Origin: Atractiella rhizophila
Lineage: Eukaryota
Reading direction: 5' to 3'
Length of the DNA stretch: 60,886 nt
NCBI GenBank assembly: GCA_021432655.1
Contig: MU271460.1
Span: forward strand, 1-60,886
The notes below the pieces were generated by a model. That model had not been told where the DNA came from and did not search any database. It saw nothing but the letters and a program-made list of their open reading frames with translations. Of this stretch, positions 1 to 11,908 are shown in pieces (positions within the stretch are counted from its first letter, which is position 1; each line of letters starts with the position of its first letter). The position numbers and the translations under genes were made by a program.

Positions 1-2695
1 TGATGAAGAGAAGCGTCTTGAGCAGAACGGTTTCGGGGAAACCAGACATGTCGGGGAGATCCCAGACAGCTACAATTCCATTCAGCCAAATATGACACAG
101 AGAAACACGCTCACTCAGTTTCGGACTCGTGCTCCCCAGTTCGAAGTCACCAGTTGTGTTTTGGCTAAGGAGGAGACGAACAACCAGGAGGAAGGAAACG
201 GCTTTGTTTTTAGAGCTGATATATTGTGGATACCAAGCTTGAGCGTTGGGTGCGGTCCAAAGAGCATCGGGGAAAGGAAGGTCCACGTCCATCTCCGTAA
301 TCTTCATCAGCGGGTACGTATAATTTAGGCGTCCTGAGCACTCAAGGTCGACGAGCCAAACGAGAAAAGCCACCCTGGAATCTTCATAAGGGGAGCTTAG
401 ATAGGGAAATGAATCGACGAACCGTTTTACGGTCTCGCGTTTGATCCAGCGACGCCACATCGCATCCAATTGACTATCATCAGGCGGAAGGTTTCTGAGA
501 AAGGGCACTTCCTCCTCGTTGAGTTCTTGCTGCTTCTGATTTCGCACGGTTTCAGCCAGTTTCATAGATCTTGCCATCATGATGGTACAACCTGCACAGT
601 CTACATCAGGTGACCGCCTAAAGGAAGGTATAGAACTTACCATGGTAAGATTGTGTAACTGCTGCTTGAGCAGAGGTTTGTCGAAGAGCCAAGCTAAGTA
701 AGTGATAGACAAGAAAGGCCTGAAGATCGGCGAATCGACCTTCCTCTGTGGTTTGATTACTGTCAAAGTCGCGAAGAATAAATGGTCGCTTCTCTGTAAT
801 TTTGTCCACCTAACCTCGAGTTAAGCATGATTCAGGTAGGAGGAATCGGTTGTTAAGCGCACAAAGTCAGTTTCGTCACCCGTGTCTTCATAGTACGCTC
901 CGGTGACACAAAGGCTGAAGGAAAGTTGAGGATTGCACTCCCATATTCGAGTAGAGACTGTGTGGAGAACGGGAAAGGTGTTACAGAAAAAATTATAGGC
1001 TTTGGCAATATATCTGGCGAGGGTCTTTCTAGGAGGCATCCTATCATGGGAAAGTCAGTTGCAGAAGTGGATCAAGGAAGTATCTTGCCGATAACCTGGA
1101 ACTGCGTAGACTGTTGACCACCCTCAGTGAGTGGATGATCTAGGATGAATCACTTACCTTTGGAAAAGACATGGCTAGGCATGTAGAATTGATCTGTAGT
1201 ACCAAATTGATCCTGGAGGAAGACATCTTGGGGTACAAATCCAATTTCTTTGTACCTGACGATTTCAGCGTGATTACATGAATCTGTTTGTTGTTGAGGC
1301 GAAGGATCAGGTTGAGATTGGGGCCGAAGTGCAGTTGTGGCATCAAGAGGGGTTTGCCGAGGCGAAAGATCGAGTTGAGTCTGAGGTTGAGTTTGAGCGG
1401 CTGCAGTAGCAGCATCGAGAAGGGATGCGAGGAGTAAGTCGATGGAGGGGGAGGCTGCTTGGGGTGGGTGTGTGAGGTCTGCGTCTGATTGGGATTGCAA
1501 TTGGGGCGAAGCTTCTTGTGCTTGCTGGGTGAGTTGATCGACCGAGATCCCAAGCAGGTTGGCGAGCTGAGAGATGTCCCAGTTCGACGGGAGGTTGTCG
1601 GGACTGGAATTCATTGACTCTGGCGAGTCGTTCGCTGAGGTGGCACCTCCAACATTCGTGAAACCAATCGCTGGAGAACCGGAAGCAAGAAAAGAGGTCA
1701 TTTCCGCTAACATTGGAGAAGCGAAGTATGAAGGCGCAGAATCACTTGCATCTTGTTTCTCCGCCATCAGCGACTGCACTGAGTCTTGCGTACCACTACT
1801 AACACCGGGGTTCTGCCTAACAGATTCTTCTAGTAGTGAATTGAGGGAGAGAGAGTAGGGAAGCAGATATGCGGCGTCTTGAACGGAAACAAATGGCGAA
1901 TTGCCATCATAGCCAGTTGTTGAGGTGTCATTTGGAATCCCTTCTTCCACAACCCCAGCACGACTATACGAGGGATAGCTTTGCACAAGGGTATCCATAT
2001 CGCGATCTGTCTCTGCCACGGCTAACGCACCGTCAGGTCCTGTTTCATTCATCCTGAGCAGAATAAACCCACCCGCTCGGAAGACTGCCCCATCTGGTCG
2101 ACTACCTATAGAACTAGGTCCCGGGAGACTCTGAGACACATCATTATTCTCAGATGTCCCCTTGGCTGTTGCAGATGCGTTCAGTCAGTTCGAGTGAGAG
2201 CTGAAAACCAACCTGATTTCTTTTTCGACTGAGGATCGCCTGCATTCGGTCGTTTGCGCTTTCCTTTTGATGTAGACGCTGCGTTGTCACCCGTAACATC
2301 CCCTTGTTGCTCCTTCTTTCCTGGGCATATCTTCTTGTGACGGCTGCAAGCACGACAGTTGTCAGTTGTTAGTAATGAATCGGAGAAGACTGACGAAAGT
2401 AGATCAGAGCGTGAGAACTTGCTCGGACATCCATCACACTCGAAAGGACGAATATCAAGGTCTGTTTCCATATGTTAGCCACAAGCAATGGGCACCGAAA
2501 GGCACTCACGTTTGAGCCTTCGATGTCTCTCTACAAAAGAATTTCGAGCATAAACATTGTCGCAGCTATGTGTGCAAGTCAGCTCTTTCCATGGATATCT
2601 GCACTGACGAACTCTGGACACTTAAAGACTGGCTTTACTGGTCTAGAGGTAGATGTCGATGCGTTTTGACTCTGTGACGTTGAGCTCTCCGTCAT
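1..2695 (-). CDS. C2H2 zinc-finger transcription factor with fungal-specific TF middle domain (paralog A); 3' end runs off the window
   Basis: Spliced reading from ATG 2695: MTESSTSQ...FKCPE/CDNVYARNSFVERHRRLKH/LDIRPFECDGCPSKFSRSDLLS/RHKKIC gives two zinc fingers. A Ser/Gln-rich region follows (ORF 1150-2139), then FPVLH..., WRRWIKRETVKR/VAFLVWLVDLE and DLPFPDALW, typical of fungal C2H2-TF middle domains. Confidence 0.85.
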
Positions 2696-3002
2696 CGGTC
2701 TCTTTGTGCCTTCTCGTGTTGGTAAGGTAGAAGCTGAGGTAGAAGAGCAAACTCTGGGTATGGTTGAGGGCTGCTAGGGGAGGTCGTAAGTGAGGGATTG
2801 TGGTGGTTCAGTACCTTCAGTTTTGACCGCCGTGCCGCTGAGCAAAGCGTCCTCCGAGCTCCGATACATCCGCAGCAGCATGGAAGATAAATCATGTGAT
2901 ACAGATCTTTATCGAACTCCTTTACTATTTTACAGGGCAATAAGAGCAGAACACAGTACAGAATAAAAGCATGTCAGTGAGTACTTCGAATTCAAGTTCA
3001 TC

Positions 3003-5116
3003 TTATACCCTCTCCCGCCACTCAGAAACCCTTTCGGTGGCCCTCCGGATCTGCTTCAACATCCCGTTCCTATCGTTTCCTTCCAAACCAATCTTTTCCA
3101 AGACGGTAGGAACTGGTGTAAACTCGTTCATTGTCTGTTCCAGCAGACTTTGAAGATAGCCTAAAGTCCTGGTCAGGACCATTTCCGCAAATGCACCTAG
3201 ATCCGGAAGGTCCTGTATTCGAAGGGCGCGGGGTCCAGATTCTTCCGGACAGTTAACGATCATAGAATCACTAATAAGGAATTTGAGGATTCCCAAGAAA
3301 GAGACGGCTTTGTTTCGTCGCTGTAAGAACAGAGGCATCCACTCCTCTGCTGAAGCAGCGGTCCAGACTGGATCCGGTGAGGGTAGGTCTATGTCAAGTT
3401 CGGGCAGAGGAATCATCACCGCGCTTAGGTTCGTGCGACGGTTGCATTCGATGTCGGCGAGCCAGATGAGGAAGACGTCACGCTTGTAAGTCTCGCTCTT
3501 GATCCATCTCTTCCACTTGCTGCTCAACTCCACGCCTTCGATATCCGAAACGCTCTTGATGTACTCCTTCTCCGCTTCCTTCAGCGTTTTAATCACTTCG
3601 ATGACCTTCAGTTCGCGCATCATCATCACTGCGCAACCGTGGTAGGCGAGGGACAGCGCCATCTGGGTAGGAGATTCGGGAAGGGCCAGGGATAAAAGAA
3701 GATAGATGATGAAGGTTTGAAAAAGACACATTCGACCATTAAATCCTTTCTCAATTGTCCCCTGTCGCTTTCATTAGCCAACGTATGTCAAGATCAACAA
3801 ACGTACGTAGAGTGTGAGAATCTGTGATCGTTTTTCCGTTAGCTTCTCATGAAAGTATCTGGTCGCCATCATTTGGTCGGTGCAAAATTTCTTGTCGTAG
3901 AACGTTCCCAATAGACAGAGAGCGCAGGCGAGAGAATAGTGGGAGGTAGCTATGCGTAGGGATGCAACATGGATCACCGGTAATCGCATGATGAACAATG
4001 AGCAAGCTGTTTCCGCCATCAATCGCCACTCCTCGACGAGCCCTATCTAGAAGAAATGCATTACCATTTGAGGCATATTTTGAAGCCAGAGAGCGGGTGG
4101 GAAGATGGCAAGTCTGTCCGCCGATGAGATGCATAGTCTCATAAACCTTCTTCGGATAATAAAACTGAGAGCTGAGCCCTTCATCATCTCCGATATGCCC
4201 CCTTGTCGCTCACCAATTTGGGTCTTGAGAAGATATCCATGAATGGGCCACGTTCCTCGATCTCTGCTACCTCCTCCTCCTCATCGGGCGACGGTCCTTT
4301 CTCAAGGTTGGCGAAATAGGTGAGGGCATTGGGATTCCTCAATATCGATGTGCTCGCGACGGTCAAATCAACATCAAGAGTCTCGTCCGGTACAGTTGAG
4401 AACCGAGATTCTTGCGGGGCGGCAGCCAGTGCTTGTTCCCACAGTGGGTCATTGGATCCCCAAGTGGCGTTGTTCAGAAGCTGATCGAAGGAATTGATGG
4501 AATCGGGAGAGGACGAGGAACCGGAGAGTGAGGTGACGACGGAAGGAAATTGGTTGAAGAGGTCTAGAAAGTTGTCCGACTGATCAGATGGGACAAAGTC
4601 TGGTTGTGACGGGTTGCTTGTCGTTGGAGGAGGGACGAGGGTCTGGAGGGCTGTGAGGAGTTTGAGGGCAGAGGGAACATCTGGACTTGAGGTGAGGATA
4701 CGTGAAAGAGCATTCGGCAAATCTCCTATTTCTTCTCTTCAGTCTCTTGCAACGATGATTGGAAGAACGGACCATCGTTCACGTATCCTATAAGGGTGCT
4801 CCAATCTACCTCGTTGCTCGATTTGAGGGATTCCACAGGTTCAGTCTTCTCATCGCTTTTCAGGTCCCCTCTTCTTCAATCCAGGGCAAACTTTTTTATG
4901 TCTATTGAGAACATCGAGCCTGGAGAACTTGCTAGGACATGAATCGCAAGGGAAGGGACGGATGTCAAGATGTTGGAGGCGCTGATGACGTTCAATGAAA
5001 GAGCGCCTGGAGAAAGTTTTGTCGCAGCTGGTTTAACGGAGAAGATGAGCCTCGGAAATGCAGAATAGGCAAATCACCACTCACTCGGGACATTTATACC
5101 TCTTCTCTGCAGTCAT
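3003..5116 (-). CDS. C2H2 zinc-finger transcription factor with fungal TF domain (paralog B); apparent frame break just after the zinc fingers
   Basis: ATG 5116 MTAEKRYKCPD/CDKTFSRRSFIERHQRLQHLDIRPFPCDSCPSKFSRLDVLNRHKKVC. Downstream exons (ORFs 4184-4720, 3774-4134, 3003-3731) include WKRWIKSETYKRDVFLIWLADIE and DLPSPDPVW, which align to paralog A. In-frame TGA at 4850-4852. Confidence 0.8.
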
Positions 5117-5927
5117 GTTGTCAAAATAAAACGGCAGTCGGACTCCGTTTTCACTGGGCGGGTAAAGTGGATCTGAAGTGGGATCGATAAACGGTTGGTG
5201 GTTCTGGTGGTGCTCAATCAATGTGGCGAGGGAAACGAAGCAGCGAAGTTTGGCAATGGGAAAGTTTCTGGGGGGTCATGTCAGCTCAAGCCGATAATAC
5301 TCCACTGCACCACTTTCTGTCCGTCATCATGTGACCTGCTGTTACATGACTGGACGTGAAGAAGACGATATATGATATCCGGGATATCAGCCAATGACTG
5401 GTTCCTTTCACTGAGCTCTGTTCCCGTTTCGATAATCAAGTCTCTCATCTAAGACCTAAAACTGTGAGGCCATGAGATGCTCGCGACAACAACGAAGTTC
5501 AGAAGCACGGTGCAACCTCGTCGAGCAATGAAGAACGGTATATTGGAACTGGGCATTTCAGCTAAGCAATCTGATAGACTACTCACCAATTGGGATTATG
5601 ACAAGAAGACGACAGAGAAGGTGGTCTTTGCTTTCAAACTAAAACTCAGGCGTCTGATAATTCCGACCGCCCGCAATATTTCTCTGAAAGGAAATCGCCG
5701 CTATTGTCCGATCCAACGGTGTTTATGACGTCTATTTATAGTCTCACCCAAAAAAGCGACAGTTGCACAACCACCATCTCATTTCTCATCAATTTCCTCT
5801 CCCACCGCTCTAGCGACACCAACCTCCCAGTAAGCCTTTCTCAGCGCGGTTCATGGGCACCCCTAATGGATATGTTTTGTGCATGGGAACAGCAAGTCTC
5901 AGTCCAGAACATAAATAGTTTCACGTT

Positions 5928-6637
5928 ATGTCTAACCAAGACTATTACAAACAAGGAGGAGGTTACGGGGGGCAACCTCAGTACGGGCAGCAGCCATACG
6001 GCGCACCTCAGGTGAGCTCATGCCCATTAGATTTGTAAGGGAGAAGTCGGGACAGCGGCAGCACCCTCTCTGCGACTGCGACACGACATCACTGTAATTT
6101 GATCCCTTTATTGGGTTTTCACGACGCCGAAGTCTGCATTTTTTCATTTTCTTGGTTCTCTTCACCTACATTTGCACAAATTTGACGCACCTCGATCGGA
6201 GCTAGTTTTGCTGACTGCGCTCTTGTGTTCTAGGGAGGATACTACCCCCCGCCAGGCCAGCCTCAGCAAGCCTACGGCGCTCCTCAAGGCCGTGCGTGTT
6301 TCTTTCCTTGCATGCATGTCGGTTGCGAGATGAAGACTCCGATGTTGTATTTATAGAATACGGTTACGCTCCTCAACCACCACCACAGCAGGTTTATGTG
6401 CAACCCCAACAAGACAGGGGAGGAGGAGGAGGAGGATGCTGCGCTTGGTGAGCTGTCATTCGCTTCTTCGCGTTTAATCGAAGCATTAATTGTGCTGACT
6501 TTTTTTGGACTGGCGCAGTCTCGCCGGAGCTTGTTTATGGTCAGTAATTTCGGGAAGTTCCCGTCCACGGTGTTGTCCTGACTTGTTTGTTGTCCAGTTG
6601 TTGTGCCGAGGAGCTCTTATGCGATTGTCTCTTCTAA
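5928..6637 (+). CDS. CYSTM (cysteine-rich tail-anchored) small protein, 5 coding exons
   Basis: Spliced: MSNQDYYKQGGGYGGQPQYGQQPYGAPQ/GGYYPPPGQPQQAYGAPQG/QYGYAPQPPPQQVYVQPQQDRGGGGGGCCAC/LAGACLC/CCAEELLCDCLF*. P/Q/G/Y-rich N-terminus plus the C-terminal CC..LA..CLCCC motif. All introns GT-AG; a 5' UTR intron lies at about 5830-5892. Confidence 0.85.
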
Positions 6638-6950
6638 GCCTAGCCACTCACCTCGACTGCAAAGGCAGACTGTGCATCAGAACTGGTTACCCCCTTCTTC
6701 ATAACAGCATCCTTAATGCCATAGTTTCTAATCCCATCATGCTCTTGACCCCTCCACCGGTCGATTGACGGACCCTTAATACAGTTGTATTCTAGATCTT
6801 GGAGTACCTCAACTGTTATCGATTGTACTGTAAATTTTCCTTTTATTATAATACGTGGAAAATGCTTGCAGCCAGACAGGTATTTTACATTTGAGATACA
6901 TAAGATGAGGGTATTGAGATTTTTAGCTGCGTCAATTCGTAAACGTCTAC

Positions 6951-8506
6951 TCAGGCCCACCGTCCGAGAGAAGCCTAGCCCGATCATCAGTTGTGTTTAC
7001 TTCAAGTGTCACTTCGACGCACCATAATTCCAGCTCCAGTCAAGCAGCAAAAGACAGCATAAAGGACCTTCGAAAGGGGAGCTTTCCGCATCCCGTCGTT
7101 CTGTCGTTCATAAGCGTCAGTTCCAGCACTAGGCAGTAAGCAACAGAGGGAGTAGACATACCCAAAGAAACTCGTGTCCTAACAGCTCAACCAATCCGGT
7201 ATAGAGCAGAATTCCGCTTGAAACAGCATCAAGCACTCCGCTCACTTTGCTCGCTGTGGCACTCTCGGGATTGTATGATCCTCGAACTCCAATCCCGATT
7301 CCGAGGGTGAGAGGCGTGGTGGAGGCGTACATGATCCCTGCTATCCAGGGAATGATGGATTTTCGATGAAGTGGAAGCGTTGCTAATCGAGTACCGAGAC
7401 CTTAAGGCATGTCAGAACTGGATGTCGCGGCGAAAGGAAGGAAAAAGGGATCTCACCAAGTGCTTCAAACATTTGGTGGAATGTGATGACAACAAATAAT
7501 GGCACAAATTCATCCGTCACTCCTAAAGTCAAACCGATGATTGCTGAGTGCAATATGACGCCAAATTCTAGAATTGCGACGCCAATGATCTGTGTGGCGC
7601 TGTGGAAAGTCGAGGAATCATCATGGCCATGGCTATGCCCCTCTGCACGCTCATGGCCGTGCTGATCGTGATTGTGCTTACGAGCATGTCCTTCTCCCTC
7701 AGGTAGTACCAATTCTGGAACTGCGGTGGTGGAAGTTGAAGTCTCTCCATCGAGAGTTTTTGAGATGCTGGAGGAACGACTGGAAGGAGGCGGAGCAAGG
7801 GGAGGCGAGCTGGAGCCGCTTGCTAGTGGTGGAGTGCCAACGATGGACTCCTCAGCCTCCAGCGAAGGGGGGTGTGGGTGTAGATGTCCTCCTTCTCTTT
7901 CAGGACCGTGCGCGGCGTGTGCCGAGAGGTGAACGTCGTATTCCTTCGCCATTCCTGCGGCGATGGCGTGCCCTAACCGGAAAGCGAGGAGCTCGAAGAT
8001 GAAGATCCCAAAGACTGCCGCCATGGACAGTGCCGCTATCAATTTACTCTCAGCCCTGAACTGTGACACCTAAGAGAGATGAAAGACGCACCTGCCCAAG
8101 GATACTCTTGCCAAGTTCCGGTCAAGCATGGTGAACCGAGAGCCTCGAATGCGGGATCAAGCAGGTGTATGAATGCAGTCGCTATAATGACTCCAGATCC
8201 AAAGTACTTTGCAAAGTCGTATAACGACTCAGGAATACGCGCTCGCCTCGACCGTCGCGCGATGCTGTTCAATCCCCTCAGATGACCTCACAACAAAGGT
8301 GAGCAGGTTCACATACATGGGGAAAAGCACGCCTATAAGACTCGTAGAGAAAATAACAAACACGGCGCCTATACGCAACCCTCGACCAGCACCTAGATCT
8401 CCTCCCTAGAAGATTCGGCGCAGACCGATGTCACCATCTCCATTGTCTCCATTGATGAAAAACTCACAGCAACTGCAGCACCGCAATTAACATCCTCTGA
8501 TGACAT
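6951..8506 (-). CDS. ZIP-family zinc/iron permease (Zrt1/Zrt2-like)
   Basis: Motifs FAKYFGSGVIIATAFIHLL, His-rich loop (HNHDQHGHERAEGHSHGH), ILEFGVILHSAIIGLTLG, FHQMFEALG, DAVSSGILLYTGLVELL and C-terminal GAGIM/ASLGRWA*. Confidence 0.95.
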
Positions 8507-8604
8507 CTTGATTGAAAATATACTGTCTAAATCACCACTACAGCCTCCTCTTCTGGTCGTCAAAAAAGAGCGAAAAAGATGGTGGATGTCGTTTGAGCCT
8601 CATA

Positions 8605-8615
8605 ACCGCAAAGGT
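8605..8615. promoter_or_regulatory. Candidate zinc-responsive element (Zap1/ZafA-type) upstream of the ZIP gene
   Basis: ACCGCAAAGGT is one mismatch from ACCYYNAAGGT and lies about 100 nt upstream of the ZIP ATG. Confidence 0.35.
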
Positions 8616-8757
8616 CCTCCTGCGCTGACTGGCGCTTGCCTTTGTTTGTCTTGGCATCGAACAACGGTCATCATCAGGCTCATCAACTTCCACCATCAAT
8701 ACTTGCTCCTTGATTTTCATTTTCGTAACCCGAACTCGTATCACAGAATCAGAAGAC

Positions 8758-10413
8758 ATGTTGATTCGATTGCTTTCTAACTTCTTACGCGGGATAACAT
8801 ACCTGCAGGTCATGACCTATCTTCCGCTCGCTCTTGATGTGAGTTCGCCCAAGTTCTACCGCCAGCCAAACAATGTCATTCCCGCTCACGTTCGCGTCTA
8901 GATTGCAGGAAAAGAGTGTTGTCTGACCCTCTCCGCTGCGCTCGCACTATACTCCTTTGTGTCCTCCACTCTCACTCTTCTTGCACGTTACACCCGCATA
9001 TATCCCCTAATCCCCTTCCTCTCCTTCGTCCAACACATCTCCGTTCCCATCATCCTCCTCGTTTGTCTCAACGTCTTCTCGTCCAACTCCAAAGCGGCTT
9101 GGGAGCAGTCTTCTTGGACCTGGTTTTTCTTACGAAAGTTCGTCTCCTTCTATGGAAGCGTACTTCATCATTCTGGACCCTTCTTCGTTCTTCTTGAGGG
9201 TGTGTCAACCCTGTTGGTAGCCCAGTCAGCAGGAAGAATCAGCTCGTTCCTTACTGAGAAAGGAGATGGATGGAGCATTGTCTTCTTGGTTACTAGCGCT
9301 TCGACATATGTCTTGAGGTGCGTCTTTGCTGACGTAAACTGGTTGTTAGCTGAAGGGGTGATATAGCACTTATACCCTGTTCGCTTGCTTCTCAGCAGCC
9401 GCTGAAACTGCATTACAAGGAGCAGTAATCGGTGCCTTGATAGTTTCGACACTATTCAGTCCGCCATATTCTCCTTCCCACGTTTCTCTCATCAACTATT
9501 CAATTAGTGACGGGAATCGCTTTCTCGATCGAGCGAGGGAATGTAGTGGAGACATCACTCATGGTATGTTCTCCCAATGCATCAAAATTCTATTATATTG
9601 ACGAGTGAATATAGTTCGGCTATGTGTGCTACAACGTCTTCTTGATGTCCACAGAGGCTTCCTACGACCCCATGTCTTACGTCCGCTCATTCGACAAGAC
9701 GAGTGCCCCGCCTCTTCCTCCCTTCATCTGGGACAGCTTCTCAGCTGCAGTTACCTACACATCTCAAACCTTTGGACAAGGTCTTGACTTCCTTTCACTT
9801 GCGTATGTGTCCACGGGGTCGTTGCAAAACAGGTATTGATAGATGGCATAGTACCTCAGCCCTCCCCCTCCCAGTTATCATTTCCCTCGTCTACCGTGTC
9901 GGCGTGCTTTTCGCAGCGTCCAGAGTAGTTCTTTTCCTAAAGAAAGCAAGTGATGGCGGTACGTTCCTTTTTGTTCCACCTTCTTTGACGAGTTCTCTGA
10001 AGAGCAGGGACAGGGAAGTATGCTGTCGTCGATTTGCGAGATGAAGATATCACGAGCAAAGGGATCACGCTGATCGTATCATACTCTCGGGTCGTTCTCA
10101 TCTTAGGTTCGCTTTCTCTTTCGCTCCCCACATCCATTTCTTTGCTGAACGAATGACAGTGTACACCAACCTCTTGGTAAATGACGACGATGGGGCGAGT
10201 CACAATTGGTGGCGGTGGTACTTTCCTTTCTCTGAGTGATTGCGTCCGCCTGATCTCTGACTGAATAGGGCAAACGTCATTCTAACCCTTGTTATTTGGT
10301 TCGCGGACATGATTGTGAGCCGAGACGGTGAGTATCTCTTTTCTTACTCCTGCAACACAATGTATTGAGGAGTTGCAACAGGTGATAGCGGTTGGTCGAT
10401 AAAGGACGATTGA
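8758..10413 (+). CDS. ICE2: ICE2 family ER membrane protein
   Basis: MLIRLLSNFLRGITYLQVMTYLPLALD/IAGKEC..., SGPFFVLLEGVSTLLVAQ, GNVVETSLM, ISLVYRVGVLFAASR, SYSRVVLI...VYTNLL and WWRW/ANVILTL match the ICE2 pattern; multi-exon. Confidence 0.85.
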
Positions 10414-10719
10414 GAAACAACGGAGATTGGAACCGACTCTTTGCAAGTTCCAGATGATGTGACTTGAGGAACAGAAGCACTATTTTCTTGCGTGTGACGG
10501 AATAGGTGGGAGTGGGAGCTGGAGTGAAAGGATAGCTGGGTTAAGTCAGTGCCATGCATTCACGCCGCGCATATCATTTACTTTCCCAATTTGTGCGATG
10601 TGGGTTATGTTGTAACTTGTTGAGGATGTGGAAGGGGCTGCTCGATTCAACAATAGAAATACAAGAGAATTCACAATTTACCTTAAATCTTCACATTTGT
10701 TTTACTCTACCATATGCTC

Positions 10720-11724
10720 TCATCCAACCATTGACCTCTTCCTTCCTCTCAAACGCACCTCATCCAACCTCTTCTTCACCCCAGCCCACTTTCCCTCCCG
10801 CTCCATTCCCTCCTTATACGCGTCCAAAACCCTTTCGAAAAGCTCTACCGCGTCCGGATGTGTAGAAAGAAAAGCGCGTTCGAGCACGTAGAGATCGACG
10901 GCTTTGTCTTCGACGCTGGATGAGTGGGATGAGAGGCCAAAGTCGATTAGGACTAGCTCTACTTTTGAGCCAGGAGCTGATGGAGTTGAAGAGGTTTTGG
11001 TGGAGGAGGAGCCATTGTGTAGGCGGACCATCATGTTGCTTGTGGTTAGGTCGCCGTGGATCATATCCACCAAATGCAGTTTGGCAATTTGACTTCCCAC
11101 CAGACGCATGAGCTCATCTGCGTTCCACCAAGCGAGTAAATTTACAGTCCACTCTCGACCAGACCAGACATGTAAAATGACGAAAGCACACCTTTATCCA
11201 CTATCTCTCTTAGCTGCTTCACTTCCTCCCTGATCTCCCACTGCCCTTCAGCGTGCTCGTCGGCATCAGCATCCTCCTCAGAACCGCCCAACACCTCTCT
11301 CACACTCGCACCATCGATTAGTTCCAGACCAATCACCCCGTTTCTCTCATCCACCAGCCGCACGCCTGGCACTCGAATACCGAATCTCGCACATCGAACC
11401 AACGCGCGAACTTCATGTTGAATCCTTGCTTTGGTCAGCTGTGAATCGAGGGTGGGATGGCGGTATGATTTCGCGAAGCGATGTTTCAGGAGAATGGGCT
11501 TAAGCCCACCGTCTTGGGTGCCCGGAGACGTGAGTTGAGCCTTAGAAGATGAGGAGAAGATGGGAGGCGGCGGTGAGGGTGAGATGTAGATTTTCTACAC
11601 CTTGGATCAGAATCAGAATTGCTCGAGCTTCTGGAAGAGGACTTACGGCTTCTGCTCCCTGTTTGATGAGCTTTGAGGAGCCGATCAGCGCCAATGACGG
11701 CGCAAGGGAAGAAGTTGCGGCCAT
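10720..11724 (-). CDS. BUD32: KEOPS kinase Bud32/PRPK
   Basis: LIKQGAEA, KHRFAKSYRHPTLDSQLTKARI..E.RALVRC, IHGDLTTSNMM, LIDFGLS, EDKAVDLYVLERAF and C-terminal RGRKRSMVG*. Confidence 0.96.
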
Positions 11725-11793
11725 GGAAGTGAGATCTTGTGGCAAAAAGTCGAGCAGAAACTGATAGTAAAATGACAAAAGCTGGTCAAAACA

Positions 11794-11894
11794 ACGCGTC
11801 TCAAACCAAAAACAACACCTTCCTCTCACCAAGTCCTTTCAAGTCGTATTCAGCGTGTCTTAGTTATTTCTTGATTGCTTACTCCCAGACGCGT
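11794..11894. promoter_or_regulatory. Two MCB (ACGCGT) boxes in the ~185-nt BUD32/RNH202 divergent promoter
   Basis: Exact ACGCGT at 11794-11799 and 11889-11894. Confidence 0.45.
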
Positions 11895-11908
11895 AAAATT
11901 GACCTGCA

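Noticed and set aside
5477..5830. 83-aa and 103-aa plus-strand ORFs upstream of the CYSTM gene
   Set aside because: They overlap the promoter and 5' UTR region and show no coding features.
11772..11908. Upstream ATG 11772 as the RNase H2B start, implying a 47-nt divergent promoter
   Set aside because: ATG 11909 with a GC-AG intron gives a family-like N-terminus in the right frame; the upstream frame does not connect.
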